From the NCBI GenBank assembly GCA_963674965.2, contig CAXXFL010000005.1, forward strand, positions 544,001 through 608,000: a DNA stretch of 64,000 nt, in the 5' to 3' direction. Under the pieces are notes generated by a model. It searched no databases. It saw only the letters and a program-made list of their open reading frames with translations, and was not told where the DNA came from. This document shows, piece by piece, positions 36,710 to 46,853 of this stretch. Origin of the DNA: a bacterium. Lineage in GTDB: Bacteria > RBG-13-61-14 > DATKZS01. The position numbers and the translations under genes are program-made. Each line of letters starts with the position of its first letter. The stretch's first letter is position 1.

Positions 36710-37309
36710 TCAGCCTTGTCCCACGATCTCTTCCCAGACCTCTTTCACGCGGGCCTCGAGCGAGGCCAGGTCCCCCGAGTTGTCGACGATGAAATCGGCC
36801 AGTTTTTTCTTTTCCTCGTCCGGCATCTGACTCCTCATGCGCTGGATGACCTCGTCGCGGCCGGCGCCGTCCCTACCGATTACCCGATCGATCCTTATTT
36901 CCTCGTCGGCCACGACCAGTATGACGGGCTTGATCCAGTTGGTGGCCGCGCTCTCGAAGAGGAGCGCCGCGTCGATGAGGACCACCTGGACGCCTTCCCC
37001 TCGGTATTTGGCGATACGCTCGACCATCTCCTGTCCGATGCGCGGGTGGGTCATGGCCACGAGTTTTTTCCTCTTGGCCTCGTCATTGAAGACGGCGGCG
37101 GCGAGGGCCTTGCGGTCGATGCTCCCGTCGCCCGTCAGTATCCCCTCTCCGAACTCCCCGACTATGTCGGCGTGGGCGGGCTTACCCGGCTCGACCACCT
37201 CCCTGGCCAGGAGGTCCGCGTCGATGAGCCGGGCCCCGAGGTTGACCAGGAAATTGGCCGCCGTGCTTTTTCCGCTTCCTATTCCGCCCGTGAGTCCCAC
37301 TATCTTCAA
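36710..37309 (-). CDS. coaE: Dephospho-CoA kinase
   Basis: VGLTGGIGSGKST, DAD..AREVV, THP and ADFIVDN motifs. Confidence 0.94.
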   Translation of the reverse strand: MKIVGLTGGIGSGKSTAANFLVNLGARLIDADLLAREVVEPGKPAHADIVGEFGEGILTGDGSIDRKALAAAVFNDEAKRKKLVAMTHPRIGQEMVERIAKYRGEGVQVVLIDAALLFESAATNWIKPVILVVADEEIRIDRVIGRDGAGRDEVIQRMRSQMPDEEKKKLADFIVDNSGDLASLEARVKEVWEEIVGQG

Positions 37310-37344
37310 TGTACGAGTCCTTTATTTTTGACGCCGAGAGGCGG

Positions 37345-38733
37345 TCACTGGTTCACGGAGTCCTGGAACAAAAGCCTGAGCACGAGCCACGAGTTGATAA
37401 GGGTGCGAAGGTTTTTCGGGACCACCCTGGCGATCCTGGCGAAGCGCGTGGGCGAGAGATAAAAGCGCCGATAGGCGTACTTGTTGGCCTTGTGCAGCTC
37501 CTCGTCCGTGGCGGCGGAGATGTTCGCCGAGATGGTGGAATAGTCGCGGAAGGCCAGGTCGGTGAACTTCTCCTTGGCCATCTCGGCCACCTTGGTCCCG
37601 GGGAAAGGGTTGAGGTAGAAAAAGCTGGCCACGTGCAGGTCCGAGTCCGCGGCCCAGTCGCCGGTCATGAGCATTTCCTCGTAGGTCTCGGTGGGAAATC
37701 CCTGGATGAAGTATCCCGTGGCCACCATTTTCCGCCTGGCCACCTCGGCGATGGACCATTTGACCCGGTCCAGGTCGATCTTCTTGTTGATGATCTTCTG
37801 CAGGCGGGGGCTGGCCGACTCGACGGCGAAGGCCACCCGGTAGAAGCCCGCCTCCTGGAGCAGGTCCAGGAAGTCGGGGTCGGTCCTGTCCCCCCTGATG
37901 CCGTTGGGGAGGGAGACGTGGAGCCCCAGCCTCCGGTCGATCATGCCCTGGCAGATTTCCTTGGCCCTGTTTAAAGACTGGGTGAAAGTGTCGTCAACTA
38001 TCTCGAGCTCGCGCACGTCGTAGCGCTCCCTCAACATGGCGATCATGTCGATGGCCGCCCGGGCGGACATGGGCCTGAACTTCTTGCCGAACACGTTATG
38101 GCAGAAGATGCACCCGTAGGGGCAGCCCCGCGAGGTGAAGACGGTCAGGGTCCGGTGGTCGTACTTGACCACGTTCTCGGAGTTCCTTCCAAAGCGCTTG
38201 AAATAGGTCTGGGGCTGGATGAGGTCCCAGGCCGGGTCCAGAGTATCCAGGTCCTCGATGAGGGGACGCTCGCCCGTGTAGACCTTGTCGTCCCCGTCCC
38301 GGTAGATGATGCCCCTCACCCCGGCCAGGTCCGCGCCAGACTCGAGGGCGTCGAAAAGCTCGACGGCCGTGTCCTCCCCTTCCCCGACCACCACCACGTC
38401 GAAGTTGGCGTCGGTCAGGATGGACTCCCGGTTGGCCGAGGCGTAAGGGCCGCCGATCACGACGGGGACCTCGGGAAACTCGGACTTGGCCGCCGCCGCC
38501 AGCTCGTGGGCCTCCCTCATCTCGAAGTTGATGGCCGAGACGCCCACCACGTCGGGCTTGAAGTCCCTGATCTTCTCCTTCACGCGGGCCGCGGGCCACC
38601 GGAGGTTGCGGCCGTCAACTATCTCGACCAGGTCTCCCCGCCGCTTGCGCAAACTTCCCGCGATGTAGCCCAGGCCCAAGGGCACGGGGGTCGCGATGAT
38701 GATCGAGTTGGGTCTTAAAAGCAATACTCGCAT
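37345..38733 (-). CDS. B12-binding domain radical SAM protein
   Basis: PLGLGYIA and IGGPYAS motifs; SRGCPYGCIFC. Confidence 0.92.
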   Translation of the reverse strand: MRVLLLRPNSIIIATPVPLGLGYIAGSLRKRRGDLVEIVDGRNLRWPAARVKEKIRDFKPDVVGVSAINFEMREAHELAAAAKSEFPEVPVVIGGPYASANRESILTDANFDVVVVGEGEDTAVELFDALESGADLAGVRGIIYRDGDDKVYTGERPLIEDLDTLDPAWDLIQPQTYFKRFGRNSENVVKYDHRTLTVFTSRGCPYGCIFCHNVFGKKFRPMSARAAIDMIAMLRERYDVRELEIVDDTFTQSLNRAKEICQGMIDRRLGLHVSLPNGIRGDRTDPDFLDLLQEAGFYRVAFAVESASPRLQKIINKKIDLDRVKWSIAEVARRKMVATGYFIQGFPTETYEEMLMTGDWAADSDLHVASFFYLNPFPGTKVAEMAKEKFTDLAFRDYSTISANISAATDEELHKANKYAYRRFYLSPTRFARIARVVPKNLRTLINSWLVLRLLFQDSVNQ

Positions 38734-38969
38734 GGCGTGAATGTCCTCCGACGACCGACTCGCAAATAATAGCACAACATGGGGCGAACCACGAAAAGAC
38801 GCGAGGGTTGGAAGCCCGCGGGTTCGGCGAGGCTTGATTCTCGATATCCGGCGGGGTAGTAATAGTATTGCCCGAGTGAATAGAGCGTTCAGGGGTAATT
38901 TGCAAGGTCGAGACGTCCGCGTTTTCAGAAGGGCCGGCGCCCATCAATCGCGCCGCAAGGAGACCGTAA

Positions 38970-40061
38970 TTGACGCTGAAACTGAAACGGCAATACTCCG
39001 ACAAGCCCGCGGAGCAAGTTATCACGTGGAAGCTGCAAAGGCTTTTCGCGGCCTCCGCTTTTTCCGGCGTCCAGATAATGGTCATGGCCCCTTTTTTTTG
39101 CTGGCTGCTTTGCTGGGATGACGGCGAGCCCACGCCCGGCTGGTTCTGGTATTTCATGGCCTGCGGCCTGATGGGCCTGGTGACGAGCGCATTATTCAGG
39201 GTATCCGTTCTTGGATTTAAAGCGAAAACAGAATGGTTCAAGTTCCTCCTTTTAGCCGGCATGGTTTTCTTGCATATCTCGGGATTAGCGACGGCCGCCG
39301 GGCTTGTTTATTTCGTGGCTATCCCCTTATCTCGGGATATGGAAATCATGGCTTTCGTATTCTCGGTCATTGTTTTATGCTTCATCGTTTACGGCTTATT
39401 TATTAGCCTAATCAAATCATCCTGCTTCCTTCTATTGATCGAGAGGCACGGAAAAGATCAAGACAATAAAACCGATCCAGTGCCTTCCGCGAAAGAGTCC
39501 CCGCCTGAGCGCGAACCCATCGACGCGTCTACCCTGATCTACAACCCGTTAAAGATTGGCGATACTGGACTTATATTGATATCCAAACTTATCGGCTTTG
39601 CTCTTATTTTCAGCGTCATATTGAAGGAGAATTTTCCTCTGATATTGCTGATTCTCCCATGCATGATAATTGTCGAAGACATTTTTCCTATAATATATTA
39701 TCAAATTACCACGCCCTTCCAACGGGGAAGGGAAATATGCAAGGAATACAGCGGAAGAAAAGGTTCAAGGCTTTTAATCTATAATGATGGGATTGAGGTT
39801 CGCCAGGACCTGCGGAGTTTTTTTATTCCCTATGAATGGCTGGATGAGCCTCAAGTAGTACGGAGCTTCTTCTTTCCGGGAGTCCCGCTTAAATCTGAAC
39901 TGCCCCACTTTCCTTCAGGGCTTCTATTTAGATGTGACAGTTATGTCGAGGTAACCGAATCGATCAGGCAAAAAAGGACGGAGTATCTTGAGTCGAAAAG
40001 AGAAGAGGCTGGATTGGAAGCCGTCTCGGCCGAGGAAACCTCTCCATCGGGCCCGACCTGA
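38970..40061 (+). CDS. Hypothetical multi-pass membrane protein (lower GC; possible bacterial PH-like C-terminus)
   Basis: Intact 363-aa ORF with about six TM segments; start codon uncertain. Confidence 0.55.
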   Translation: MTLKLKRQYSDKPAEQVITWKLQRLFAASAFSGVQIMVMAPFFCWLLCWDDGEPTPGWFWYFMACGLMGLVTSALFRVSVLGFKAKTEWFKFLLLAGMVFLHISGLATAAGLVYFVAIPLSRDMEIMAFVFSVIVLCFIVYGLFISLIKSSCFLLLIERHGKDQDNKTDPVPSAKESPPEREPIDASTLIYNPLKIGDTGLILISKLIGFALIFSVILKENFPLILLILPCMIIVEDIFPIIYYQITTPFQRGREICKEYSGRKGSRLLIYNDGIEVRQDLRSFFIPYEWLDEPQVVRSFFFPGVPLKSELPHFPSGLLFRCDSYVEVTESIRQKRTEYLESKREEAGLEAVSAEETSPSGPT

Positions 40062-40176
40062 ATTGTAGATATCGTAGGTTCCAGGTTTATTCTTCACGGG
40101 AGACGGTTATCGCCCTCATTTCAATTCAATTTTGAATAGTCAGTTGTAATGGATCGATTCCAGAGCGCTTTTCAGG

Positions 40177-40197
40177 TTTTCCACAGCTTGTGGAAAA
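40177..40197. promoter_or_regulatory. Palindrome formed by two DnaA-box-like 9-mers
   Basis: TTTTCCACA-GCT-TGTGGAAAA; each 9-mer has one mismatch to TTATCCACA. Confidence 0.4.
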
Positions 40198-40352
40198 AGG
40201 GGGCGGGACTTGGTCGCGGGAGCGTAAATCCATTAAAACCGGCGTAAAAATAATCGGTTAAATCACTTTATTTGACTTTTGACCGGAAACTGTTCTATAA
40301 ATCATGCCAAGAAGGCAATTGGCAAGGCCTTGAAAAATACGGGGGTGGAAAA

Positions 40353-40931
40353 ATGAAAAAGACGCTCTTTGTGTGCGTGATGGGTGCTTTGCTGTTCTCG
40401 ATCTCGGGCAAGGCATACGGCCAGTACAACTACACCAACTATTACGTCATCCAGTACGACTACACGCTGCCGGGCGACGACACTACGGACCTTTTCTTTA
40501 AGGCCGCTTCCGTCGAGGACCTGGTCACGCTGAAGAACATGTTGGACCAGTACCCGACCCTGGTCCACGCCATGAGCAAGAAGGACTATAAGACGGCGCT
40601 GCATATCGCCTGCATGACGGGCAAGTACGACTCGGTCAAGCTCCTTCTCGACCGGGGCGCCAACCCGAACGCCCTGGACATTTTCTGCAAGTCTCCTTAT
40701 TACTACGCCCGGGTAAGCTACCGTCACAACATCTGCCGCCTGCTCCGGCAAAGGGGAGCTTACGCCGAGTACGTCCGGTTCTTCCCCCACTGCTGCACCC
40801 AGGACCATCCTTATCCTCACCTGCAGAGCGAGGACCCGGTTTGCATCCCGGACCAGACCCAGGACGACTCGACCTTCCGGGGCGAGAAAATCTATCGCAA
40901 GAAACAAAAAAGGGTCAGGATCAAAAAGTAA
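40353..40931 (+). CDS. Small secreted ankyrin-repeat protein
   Basis: Signal peptide MKKTLFVC...AYG; TALHIAC..G..DSVKLLLDRGANPN. Confidence 0.8.
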   Translation: MKKTLFVCVMGALLFSISGKAYGQYNYTNYYVIQYDYTLPGDDTTDLFFKAASVEDLVTLKNMLDQYPTLVHAMSKKDYKTALHIACMTGKYDSVKLLLDRGANPNALDIFCKSPYYYARVSYRHNICRLLRQRGAYAEYVRFFPHCCTQDHPYPHLQSEDPVCIPDQTQDDSTFRGEKIYRKKQKRVRIKK

Positions 40932-41008
40932 ACAACCTTTGGCTCGTTCCCGCTCGAGCGCGCCCGCCGCGCGCTCGCGGGGATGGAGCGCCTCGAGCTT
41001 CCCTTTTC

Positions 41009-41698
41009 CTACCGGGAGTATTTCCTTTTAAAGAGGGTATCGTCGTAAGGGGCCCGCCTTCCGGGGCAATCCTCCATGGGGCAGAGCATGCACGACTCGA
41101 AGCTCTCGTCGGTGGGAAACCACAATCCGGAGACCGACATTACGGGCGTCATGAACAGGTCGTCCTTCAGGGTGACTCCCGCGGCCTCGGCGCTTTGCCC
41201 CAGCAGCCGAAACAGGGGTACCTGCTCGGCCAGGGGCCAGTCGGAAAGGGAACCGGGGGTCATCCTCGATACTTCCCCCTCGTGATGGCCGTTCCTTATT
41301 GCCTCGACGACGGCGTCCATGGCGCCCTTGAGGGCCGCGCCCATTACCGCCCGGGCGATCATCCCCTCGACCCGGCCTTTCAACTCCCCGGCCCATTTCT
41401 CCAACTCGATCCCGCAAGTGGCCAGGAAGGGAAAGGCCTTGTGGGCCGACTCGAGGTTTTTGGCCAACACCCGGCTCGTGAACTTCTCGCCGCCTATCAC
41501 TACCCAGTCTTCGCCCCGGTCCTCGATCCGCGCGGGCAGGAAGGCGGCCTTGGGAGCGGCCAAGTCCAGTCCTTTCCCGATCATCCGCTCGAGGCCCGCG
41601 TGCTCGGCCGATCCGGGATCGATCTTGAAAAGCTCGAGCGCTCCTATTGCCTCGAAGGGGAAGGGGGCCTTTTCGATTAGAACGCCTGGCATGAGCAT
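41009..41698 (-). CDS. Stand-alone methionine synthase activation-domain-like protein
   Basis: FPFLATCG, MTPGSL.DWPL.EQ..LF and M.P..SVSG motifs; C-terminal C.LC...C..RRAPY. Confidence 0.75.
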   Translation of the reverse strand: MLMPGVLIEKAPFPFEAIGALELFKIDPGSAEHAGLERMIGKGLDLAAPKAAFLPARIEDRGEDWVVIGGEKFTSRVLAKNLESAHKAFPFLATCGIELEKWAGELKGRVEGMIARAVMGAALKGAMDAVVEAIRNGHHEGEVSRMTPGSLSDWPLAEQVPLFRLLGQSAEAAGVTLKDDLFMTPVMSVSGLWFPTDESFESCMLCPMEDCPGRRAPYDDTLFKRKYSR

Positions 41699-41708
41699 CC
41701 GTCCGGTT

Positions 41709-42788
41709 TCATTCCGGCCCGCGTTCGGGTTCGCCTTTCACCTCGTGCTCGGCCTCCTCGGCTTCCTCCCGAAGCCTGGTAAGGGAGTACCCGGCACGCC
41801 GAGCGGCTATGGCCCCGGCGATGGTGATGGGGAAGTAGTAGCATCCGTGGACCATGATGGCGAAAAGCAGGGCCACGCCGGGGTCGGCCCCCAGCATGAA
41901 GGTGAAGGCCTTCTGGTTGAGGGCGTGAAAGGTGCCGATGAATCCGGGCGGACCCGGTATGGAGGCGGCGGCGCCACCCACCACCATGAGGAACATGCAG
42001 TTAATCAGCGAGATATTATAGCCGAGGGCCAGTCCCGCCAGCCATATGGGCGTCAGGTTGACGATCCACGCGGCCAGGGACAGGAAAGTCACCAGGGCCA
42101 GGGACCGGGGCCGTCCCATGATGGCCAGGCCGGCGGCGAAGGTGCGCAGGGTATCGAGGATCTTTTCACGCCATTTTTCCGGCAGCGGCTTCATGAACCA
42201 CGCGGACAAGGAAAGGACGAAGTCGGTCTTAAGATAGAGGAAAAAGAGGAAGACCAGTAAAAGGCCCGTTCCCGCCAGGGTCCCCCATCCCATGTTGGTT
42301 ATCAGGGTCTCGAGGTTGTAATCCTCGCCGCCCACGTTCACGATAAGCCCGTCGGCCGGGAACTCGATCCAGACCAGGACCAGGGCCAGGAAAGCCAGGA
42401 TGCCCAGGAAATCGAAGAGCCTCTCCACCACGACCGTGGCCAGGGCCGAGCTGTAGCTTATTTCTTCCTCGAGCTTGCCCACCATGAACACGCGCATGAA
42501 CTCGCCCGCCCGGAGCGGAAAAATATTGTTGCCCATGTAGCAGACCAACAGCGAGGTCCACACGCTCGAGAGCCTGGTATGGCCGCACTCGTTCAGGATG
42601 ACGCGCCATCTTAACGTCCTTATCAGCATGATGGCGAAGTAGGCGGCCGTAATGGGTATGAGGTAGAAATAGTTGGCCCGGTGGGCGAGGGCCTGGCCGA
42701 AGGCGTTCCAGTCCTCGATCTGGCTGAAGGCCCAGAAGATGCAAATCGCTCCGATCAGGACCCCGAGCCAGAACTGCCATTTCTTCAT
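41709..42788 (-). CDS. Lysylphosphatidylglycerol synthase TM-domain (UPF0104 flippase-like) protein
   Basis: RW..IL, NNIFPLRAGEFMR, VERLFD and PGFIG motifs. Confidence 0.85.
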   Translation of the reverse strand: MKKWQFWLGVLIGAICIFWAFSQIEDWNAFGQALAHRANYFYLIPITAAYFAIMLIRTLRWRVILNECGHTRLSSVWTSLLVCYMGNNIFPLRAGEFMRVFMVGKLEEEISYSSALATVVVERLFDFLGILAFLALVLVWIEFPADGLIVNVGGEDYNLETLITNMGWGTLAGTGLLLVFLFFLYLKTDFVLSLSAWFMKPLPEKWREKILDTLRTFAAGLAIMGRPRSLALVTFLSLAAWIVNLTPIWLAGLALGYNISLINCMFLMVVGGAAASIPGPPGFIGTFHALNQKAFTFMLGADPGVALLFAIMVHGCYYFPITIAGAIAARRAGYSLTRLREEAEEAEHEVKGEPERGPE

Positions 42789-43771
42789 CCCGAGCTTTCC
42801 TCGAGGGCTTCAAATGGGTTGGCGATATTCAGGAACAGGTCCTCGCCGGCCTCCTCGGCCAGTATCTCGCGGGCCTTGATCACGTCCTTTTTAATCTGGG
42901 AGACGAGGGCCTTGGGGGACTTGAATTTTATCTCGCCCCGGATGCGATAGTAAAAGGCCAGTCGGAGGTCCTTTTGGTAGAGGTCCCCCTCGAAACCCAT
43001 GACGTGGGCCTCGATGGCCAGGGTCCCGTCGCCGAAGGTGGGGTTGTCGCCTATGTTGACCACCGCGGGATACCGGTGGCCGTTCCAATGGGCCACCGCC
43101 GCGTAGACCCCGTCGGGCGGAATGAGCTCGGCCTCCCATTTCAGGTTGGCCGTGGCGAAACCCAGGTCCTTGCCGCGCCCGCGTCCCTTTACGACCCTGC
43201 CCTCGACGTGGAAAGGCTCGCCCAGAAGGCTCTTGGCGCGTCGCAGGTTGCCGGCCTGGATGAGGCTGCGTATGCGGGTCGAGCTGACGGGCTTGTTCCT
43301 TATCAGCACGGCGGGCACGCTCTCGACGGCGAAGCCCCTGTTTTTCCCGGCCTCGGTAAGAAAAGCCTCGTCGCCCTCCCTTCCCTTGCCGAAACGGAAG
43401 TCGTGGCCGATGACGATCATTTTCGGGTTGAGCTTTCGCTGGAGGTCGACAAGGAACTCGTCGGCCGTTCTCTCGGCGAACTCGCGGGTAAACTCGACCT
43501 TGACGATAAGGCTCGCGCCCATCTCGGAGATAAGCCTGGCCCTCTCGCTGAAGGGAATGATGGCGGGAACTTTCTTGCCGGGCGAGAGCACTTCCCTTGG
43601 ATGAGGGTCGAAGGTGATGACAACGGAGGGCACGTCAAGCGCCCGGCCGTGGCCGATGGCCCTTCCCACGATGGCGCGGTGGCCCAGATGCACGCCGTCG
43701 AAATTCCCGATGGTGACGGACGAGGCTTTATAGTGGCCGTCGGGAACGGCGTTGAATTCCATGATTTTCAT
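42785..43771 (-). CDS. ribF: Bifunctional riboflavin kinase / FAD synthetase
   Basis: IGNFDGVHLGH, GHDFRFG, SSTRIR, GFATAN and EAH motifs. Confidence 0.95.
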   Translation of the reverse strand: MKIMEFNAVPDGHYKASSVTIGNFDGVHLGHRAIVGRAIGHGRALDVPSVVITFDPHPREVLSPGKKVPAIIPFSERARLISEMGASLIVKVEFTREFAERTADEFLVDLQRKLNPKMIVIGHDFRFGKGREGDEAFLTEAGKNRGFAVESVPAVLIRNKPVSSTRIRSLIQAGNLRRAKSLLGEPFHVEGRVVKGRGRGKDLGFATANLKWEAELIPPDGVYAAVAHWNGHRYPAVVNIGDNPTFGDGTLAIEAHVMGFEGDLYQKDLRLAFYYRIRGEIKFKSPKALVSQIKKDVIKAREILAEEAGEDLFLNIANPFEALEESSG

Positions 43772-43882
43772 TTTATTCCCCGGGGTACTGGCCCGATCGA
43801 GAAGAAGCGCCCGGACGAGTGGTCCAAGGCCCTCAGCCTCGCGAGGCCGACCGGCCTATCATTATACCCCGTTTTCACGAGT

Positions 43883-46504
43883 TTATACCACGACGTTGAC
43901 CAGCTTGTTGGGAACGGCGATAACTTTGCGGATTTCCCTGCCCTTGATAAAGTCCTGAATCCGCTCGTTGGCCAGGGCTATTTTCTCGAGTTCTTCCTTT
44001 TTCGCGTCCACCGGGGCGTTCACTCTTGCCCGGACCTTGCCGTTCACCTGGATGACCAGCTCGAAGGTATCGCGAGCGGTCATGGCCTCGTCGAAATCCG
44101 GCCAGGCCAGGTGGAAGGCGCTTTCCTTGGCGCCCAGGGCGCTCCAAATTTCCTCGGCCAGGTGCGGGCAAAAGGGACCGAGCATGGCCAGGAAACGCTC
44201 GAGGGACCAGCGGAAAAGGACCTTGCGCCGAGCCGGGTCGTCGCCGCCCTCGAGATCGAAGTCGGCCAGGGCGTTGAACTGTTCCATCAGCGCCGAGATG
44301 GCCGTGTTGAAGGTCCAGCGCTCGATCCGGTCGGTCACGTCCCGCGCCGTCTCGTGGGTCTTTATGAAAAGCTCCTTTTCGTCGCTCGGGCCCGCCAGGA
44401 AATCGTACTTAGCGGCGTCGGAGGCGGATACGTCCTTAATCTTCTCCACCCTGGAAACGGCCAGGTTCCAGACGCGATGGATAAAACGGTTGGGCCCCTG
44501 GATGCGGTTCTCGCTCCAGTCGATCTCCTTGTTGGGAGGGGCCTCGAAAAGCAGGTACAGCCGGACCGTGTCCGCCCCGAAGGTCTTGACCATCTCCTCC
44601 GGGTCCACGGTGTTTTTCTTGCTCTTGCTCATCTTTTCCTTGCGGCCTATCTCCACGTCCTTGCCGCAAACGGGGCACTTGTAGTCCTTTACTTCCTGGG
44701 GAAACTGATATCCGTGCTCGGGGCACTTGACGCTTTCCTTGAGGACCATGCCCTGCGTAAGCAGCCTGGTAAAGGGCTCGTCGAACTTCACGTAACCCAG
44801 GTCGCGCAGGACCTTGGTAAAGAACCTCGAGTATAAAAGGTGCAGCACCGCGTGCTCGATCCCGCCGATGTACTGGTCCACCGGGAGCCAGTAGTGGACC
44901 TCGCCGTCGTCAAAGGGGGCCGTATCGCAATGGGGCGAGGCGTAGCGCTCGTAGTACCAGGACGACTCGACGAAGGTGTCCATGGTGTCCGTCTCCCGCC
45001 TGGCCGGCCTGCCGCATTTCGGGCAGTCCACGTTGATCCACCAGTCCAGCCTGGGCAGGGGGTTGCCCACCTCGAAGTCGAACTCGACCTCGGCGGGAAG
45101 GGCCACGGGAAGCTGGTCTTTCGGGACCGGGACCACCCCGCACTCGGGGCAGTGGACCACCGGAATGGGAGCGCCCCAAAAGCGCTGCCGCGAGATCAGC
45201 CAGTCGCGAAGCCGGTAATGCGTGCTCGCGCCGCCCCGGTTTTCCCTGGCCAGCCTGTCGGTAATGACCTTCTTGAACTCGAGGCTGTCCATGCCGTCGT
45301 ACTCGCCCGAGTTCATCATCACCCCCGGCTCCTCGTAGGCCTCGGTCATGGCCGAGGCCTCGAGGGCCTCCTGGCCTGGAGGCTGGACCACCGGTACGAT
45401 ATCCAGGCCGTAAACCCTGGAGAACTCGAAGTCGCGCTGGTCGTGGGCCGGCACCGCCATGACCGCGCCCGTGCCGTACTCCATGAGCACGAAGTTGGCC
45501 ACGTAGATGGGCATCCGCCTTCCGGTCATGGGGTTAATGCAATAGGCGCCCGTGAAGGTCCCCTCCTTCTCGTAGTCCTCGGCCGAGCGCTTGATCTTGT
45601 CCTCGGAGCGGACGCGGTCGCAGAATTCCCGGACCGCCTTTTCCCGGTCCGTGCCCCTCGAGAGTATCTCGCAATAGGGGTGCTCGGCGGCGAGACTCAT
45701 GAAGGTCGCCCCGAAGAGGGTGTCGGGCCTGGTGGTATAAACCACCACCCTGTCGATTTCCCCGTCCGTCTCGGGGTCGGGATAGGGCCGCTCGAGCTTG
45801 AAGTGGATCATGGACCCCACGGACTTGCCGATCCAGTTCCTCTGCATGAGAAGGACTTTTTCCGGCCAGCCCGGAAGCTTCTCGGTCCACTCCAGAAGTT
45901 CCTCCGCGTACCTGGTTATCTTGAAGAACCACTGGGACAGCTCTTTTTGCCTGACCAGAGTGTCACCGTGGCGCCAGCAATAGCCGTCCTCCACCTGCTC
46001 GTTGGCCAGCACCGTGTTGCACTTGTCGCACCAGTTGACCCAGGCCTTCTGCTTCTCCACCAGCCCCTTCTCGAGCATGTCGATAAATACCGCCTGCTCC
46101 CACTTGTAATACTCGGGGTCGCAGGTGGCGAACTCGCGTCTCCAGTCGTATGAATAGCCCAGCCTCTTGAGCTGGCCGCGCATGTAGTCGATGTTGCGGC
46201 GGGTCCATTCATTCGGATGCACCCGGTTCTCGAGGGCCGCGTTCTCCGCCGGAAGACCGAAGGCGTCCCACCCCATGGGATGAAGCACGTTGAAACCGCG
46301 CATGACCTTGTAGCGGGACACCACGTCCCCAATCGAGTAATTGCGCACGTGACCCATGTGAAGCCGTCCCGAAGGATAAGGGAACATCTCGAGCAGGTAA
46401 TACTTCTCTTTCGACTTGTCCACCTCGACTTCAAAAACGCGCTCCTTTTCCCAGAAAGACTGCCACTTGGGCTCGATCTCCTGGGGGTTGTACTTGGAAT
46501 CCAC
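43883..46504 (-). CDS. leuS: Leucine--tRNA ligase
   Basis: [19 protein letters not shown] and TTRPDT motifs; GGAGG RBS before GTG 46504. Confidence 0.97.
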   Translation of the reverse strand: MDSKYNPQEIEPKWQSFWEKERVFEVEVDKSKEKYYLLEMFPYPSGRLHMGHVRNYSIGDVVSRYKVMRGFNVLHPMGWDAFGLPAENAALENRVHPNEWTRRNIDYMRGQLKRLGYSYDWRREFATCDPEYYKWEQAVFIDMLEKGLVEKQKAWVNWCDKCNTVLANEQVEDGYCWRHGDTLVRQKELSQWFFKITRYAEELLEWTEKLPGWPEKVLLMQRNWIGKSVGSMIHFKLERPYPDPETDGEIDRVVVYTTRPDTLFGATFMSLAAEHPYCEILSRGTDREKAVREFCDRVRSEDKIKRSAEDYEKEGTFTGAYCINPMTGRRMPIYVANFVLMEYGTGAVMAVPAHDQRDFEFSRVYGLDIVPVVQPPGQEALEASAMTEAYEEPGVMMNSGEYDGMDSLEFKKVITDRLARENRGGASTHYRLRDWLISRQRFWGAPIPVVHCPECGVVPVPKDQLPVALPAEVEFDFEVGNPLPRLDWWINVDCPKCGRPARRETDTMDTFVESSWYYERYASPHCDTAPFDDGEVHYWLPVDQYIGGIEHAVLHLLYSRFFTKVLRDLGYVKFDEPFTRLLTQGMVLKESVKCPEHGYQFPQEVKDYKCPVCGKDVEIGRKEKMSKSKKNTVDPEEMVKTFGADTVRLYLLFEAPPNKEIDWSENRIQGPNRFIHRVWNLAVSRVEKIKDVSASDAAKYDFLAGPSDEKELFIKTHETARDVTDRIERWTFNTAISALMEQFNALADFDLEGGDDPARRKVLFRWSLERFLAMLGPFCPHLAEEIWSALGAKESAFHLAWPDFDEAMTARDTFELVIQVNGKVRARVNAPVDAKKEELEKIALANERIQDFIKGREIRKVIAVPNKLVNVVV

Positions 46505-46565
46505 GGCCAATCCTCCGCTTTGATGGAAATAGGCAAGGGAGTTGGACCCTTGCCTGCAATATTTA

Positions 46566-46594
46566 TTTATAACATCCGCTTACTTTCCGGTCAA
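46566..46594 (-). promoter_or_regulatory. sigma70 promoter of leuS
   Basis: Minus strand TTGACC-N17-TATAAA with extended TG. Confidence 0.55.
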
Positions 46595-46853
46595 GCCGGA
46601 AGCCGGCGGGGAAAAGGCCCCTCTTTTCACGGCCGGACAAATAAATTAAATAAAACCGCATTTTTTATGCCTTGATTTCCTTCGTCATTACGTCTATTTT
46701 AGATGCATAGGTTTTTTACGCCAGGAGTACGTCCGAATACCCCCACCGAGCGATCAAATCAGGGTAAATTTTTATCGAACAATTAATATATCCATGCAAA
46801 TCGAATAGTTAGTAATGTTTTTCATCTTGAGACCAACAGCACGGGAGTGGATC

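Noticed and set aside
40062-40352. oriC
   Set aside because: Only two DnaA-box-like 9-mers, and no dnaA, dnaN or gidA context.
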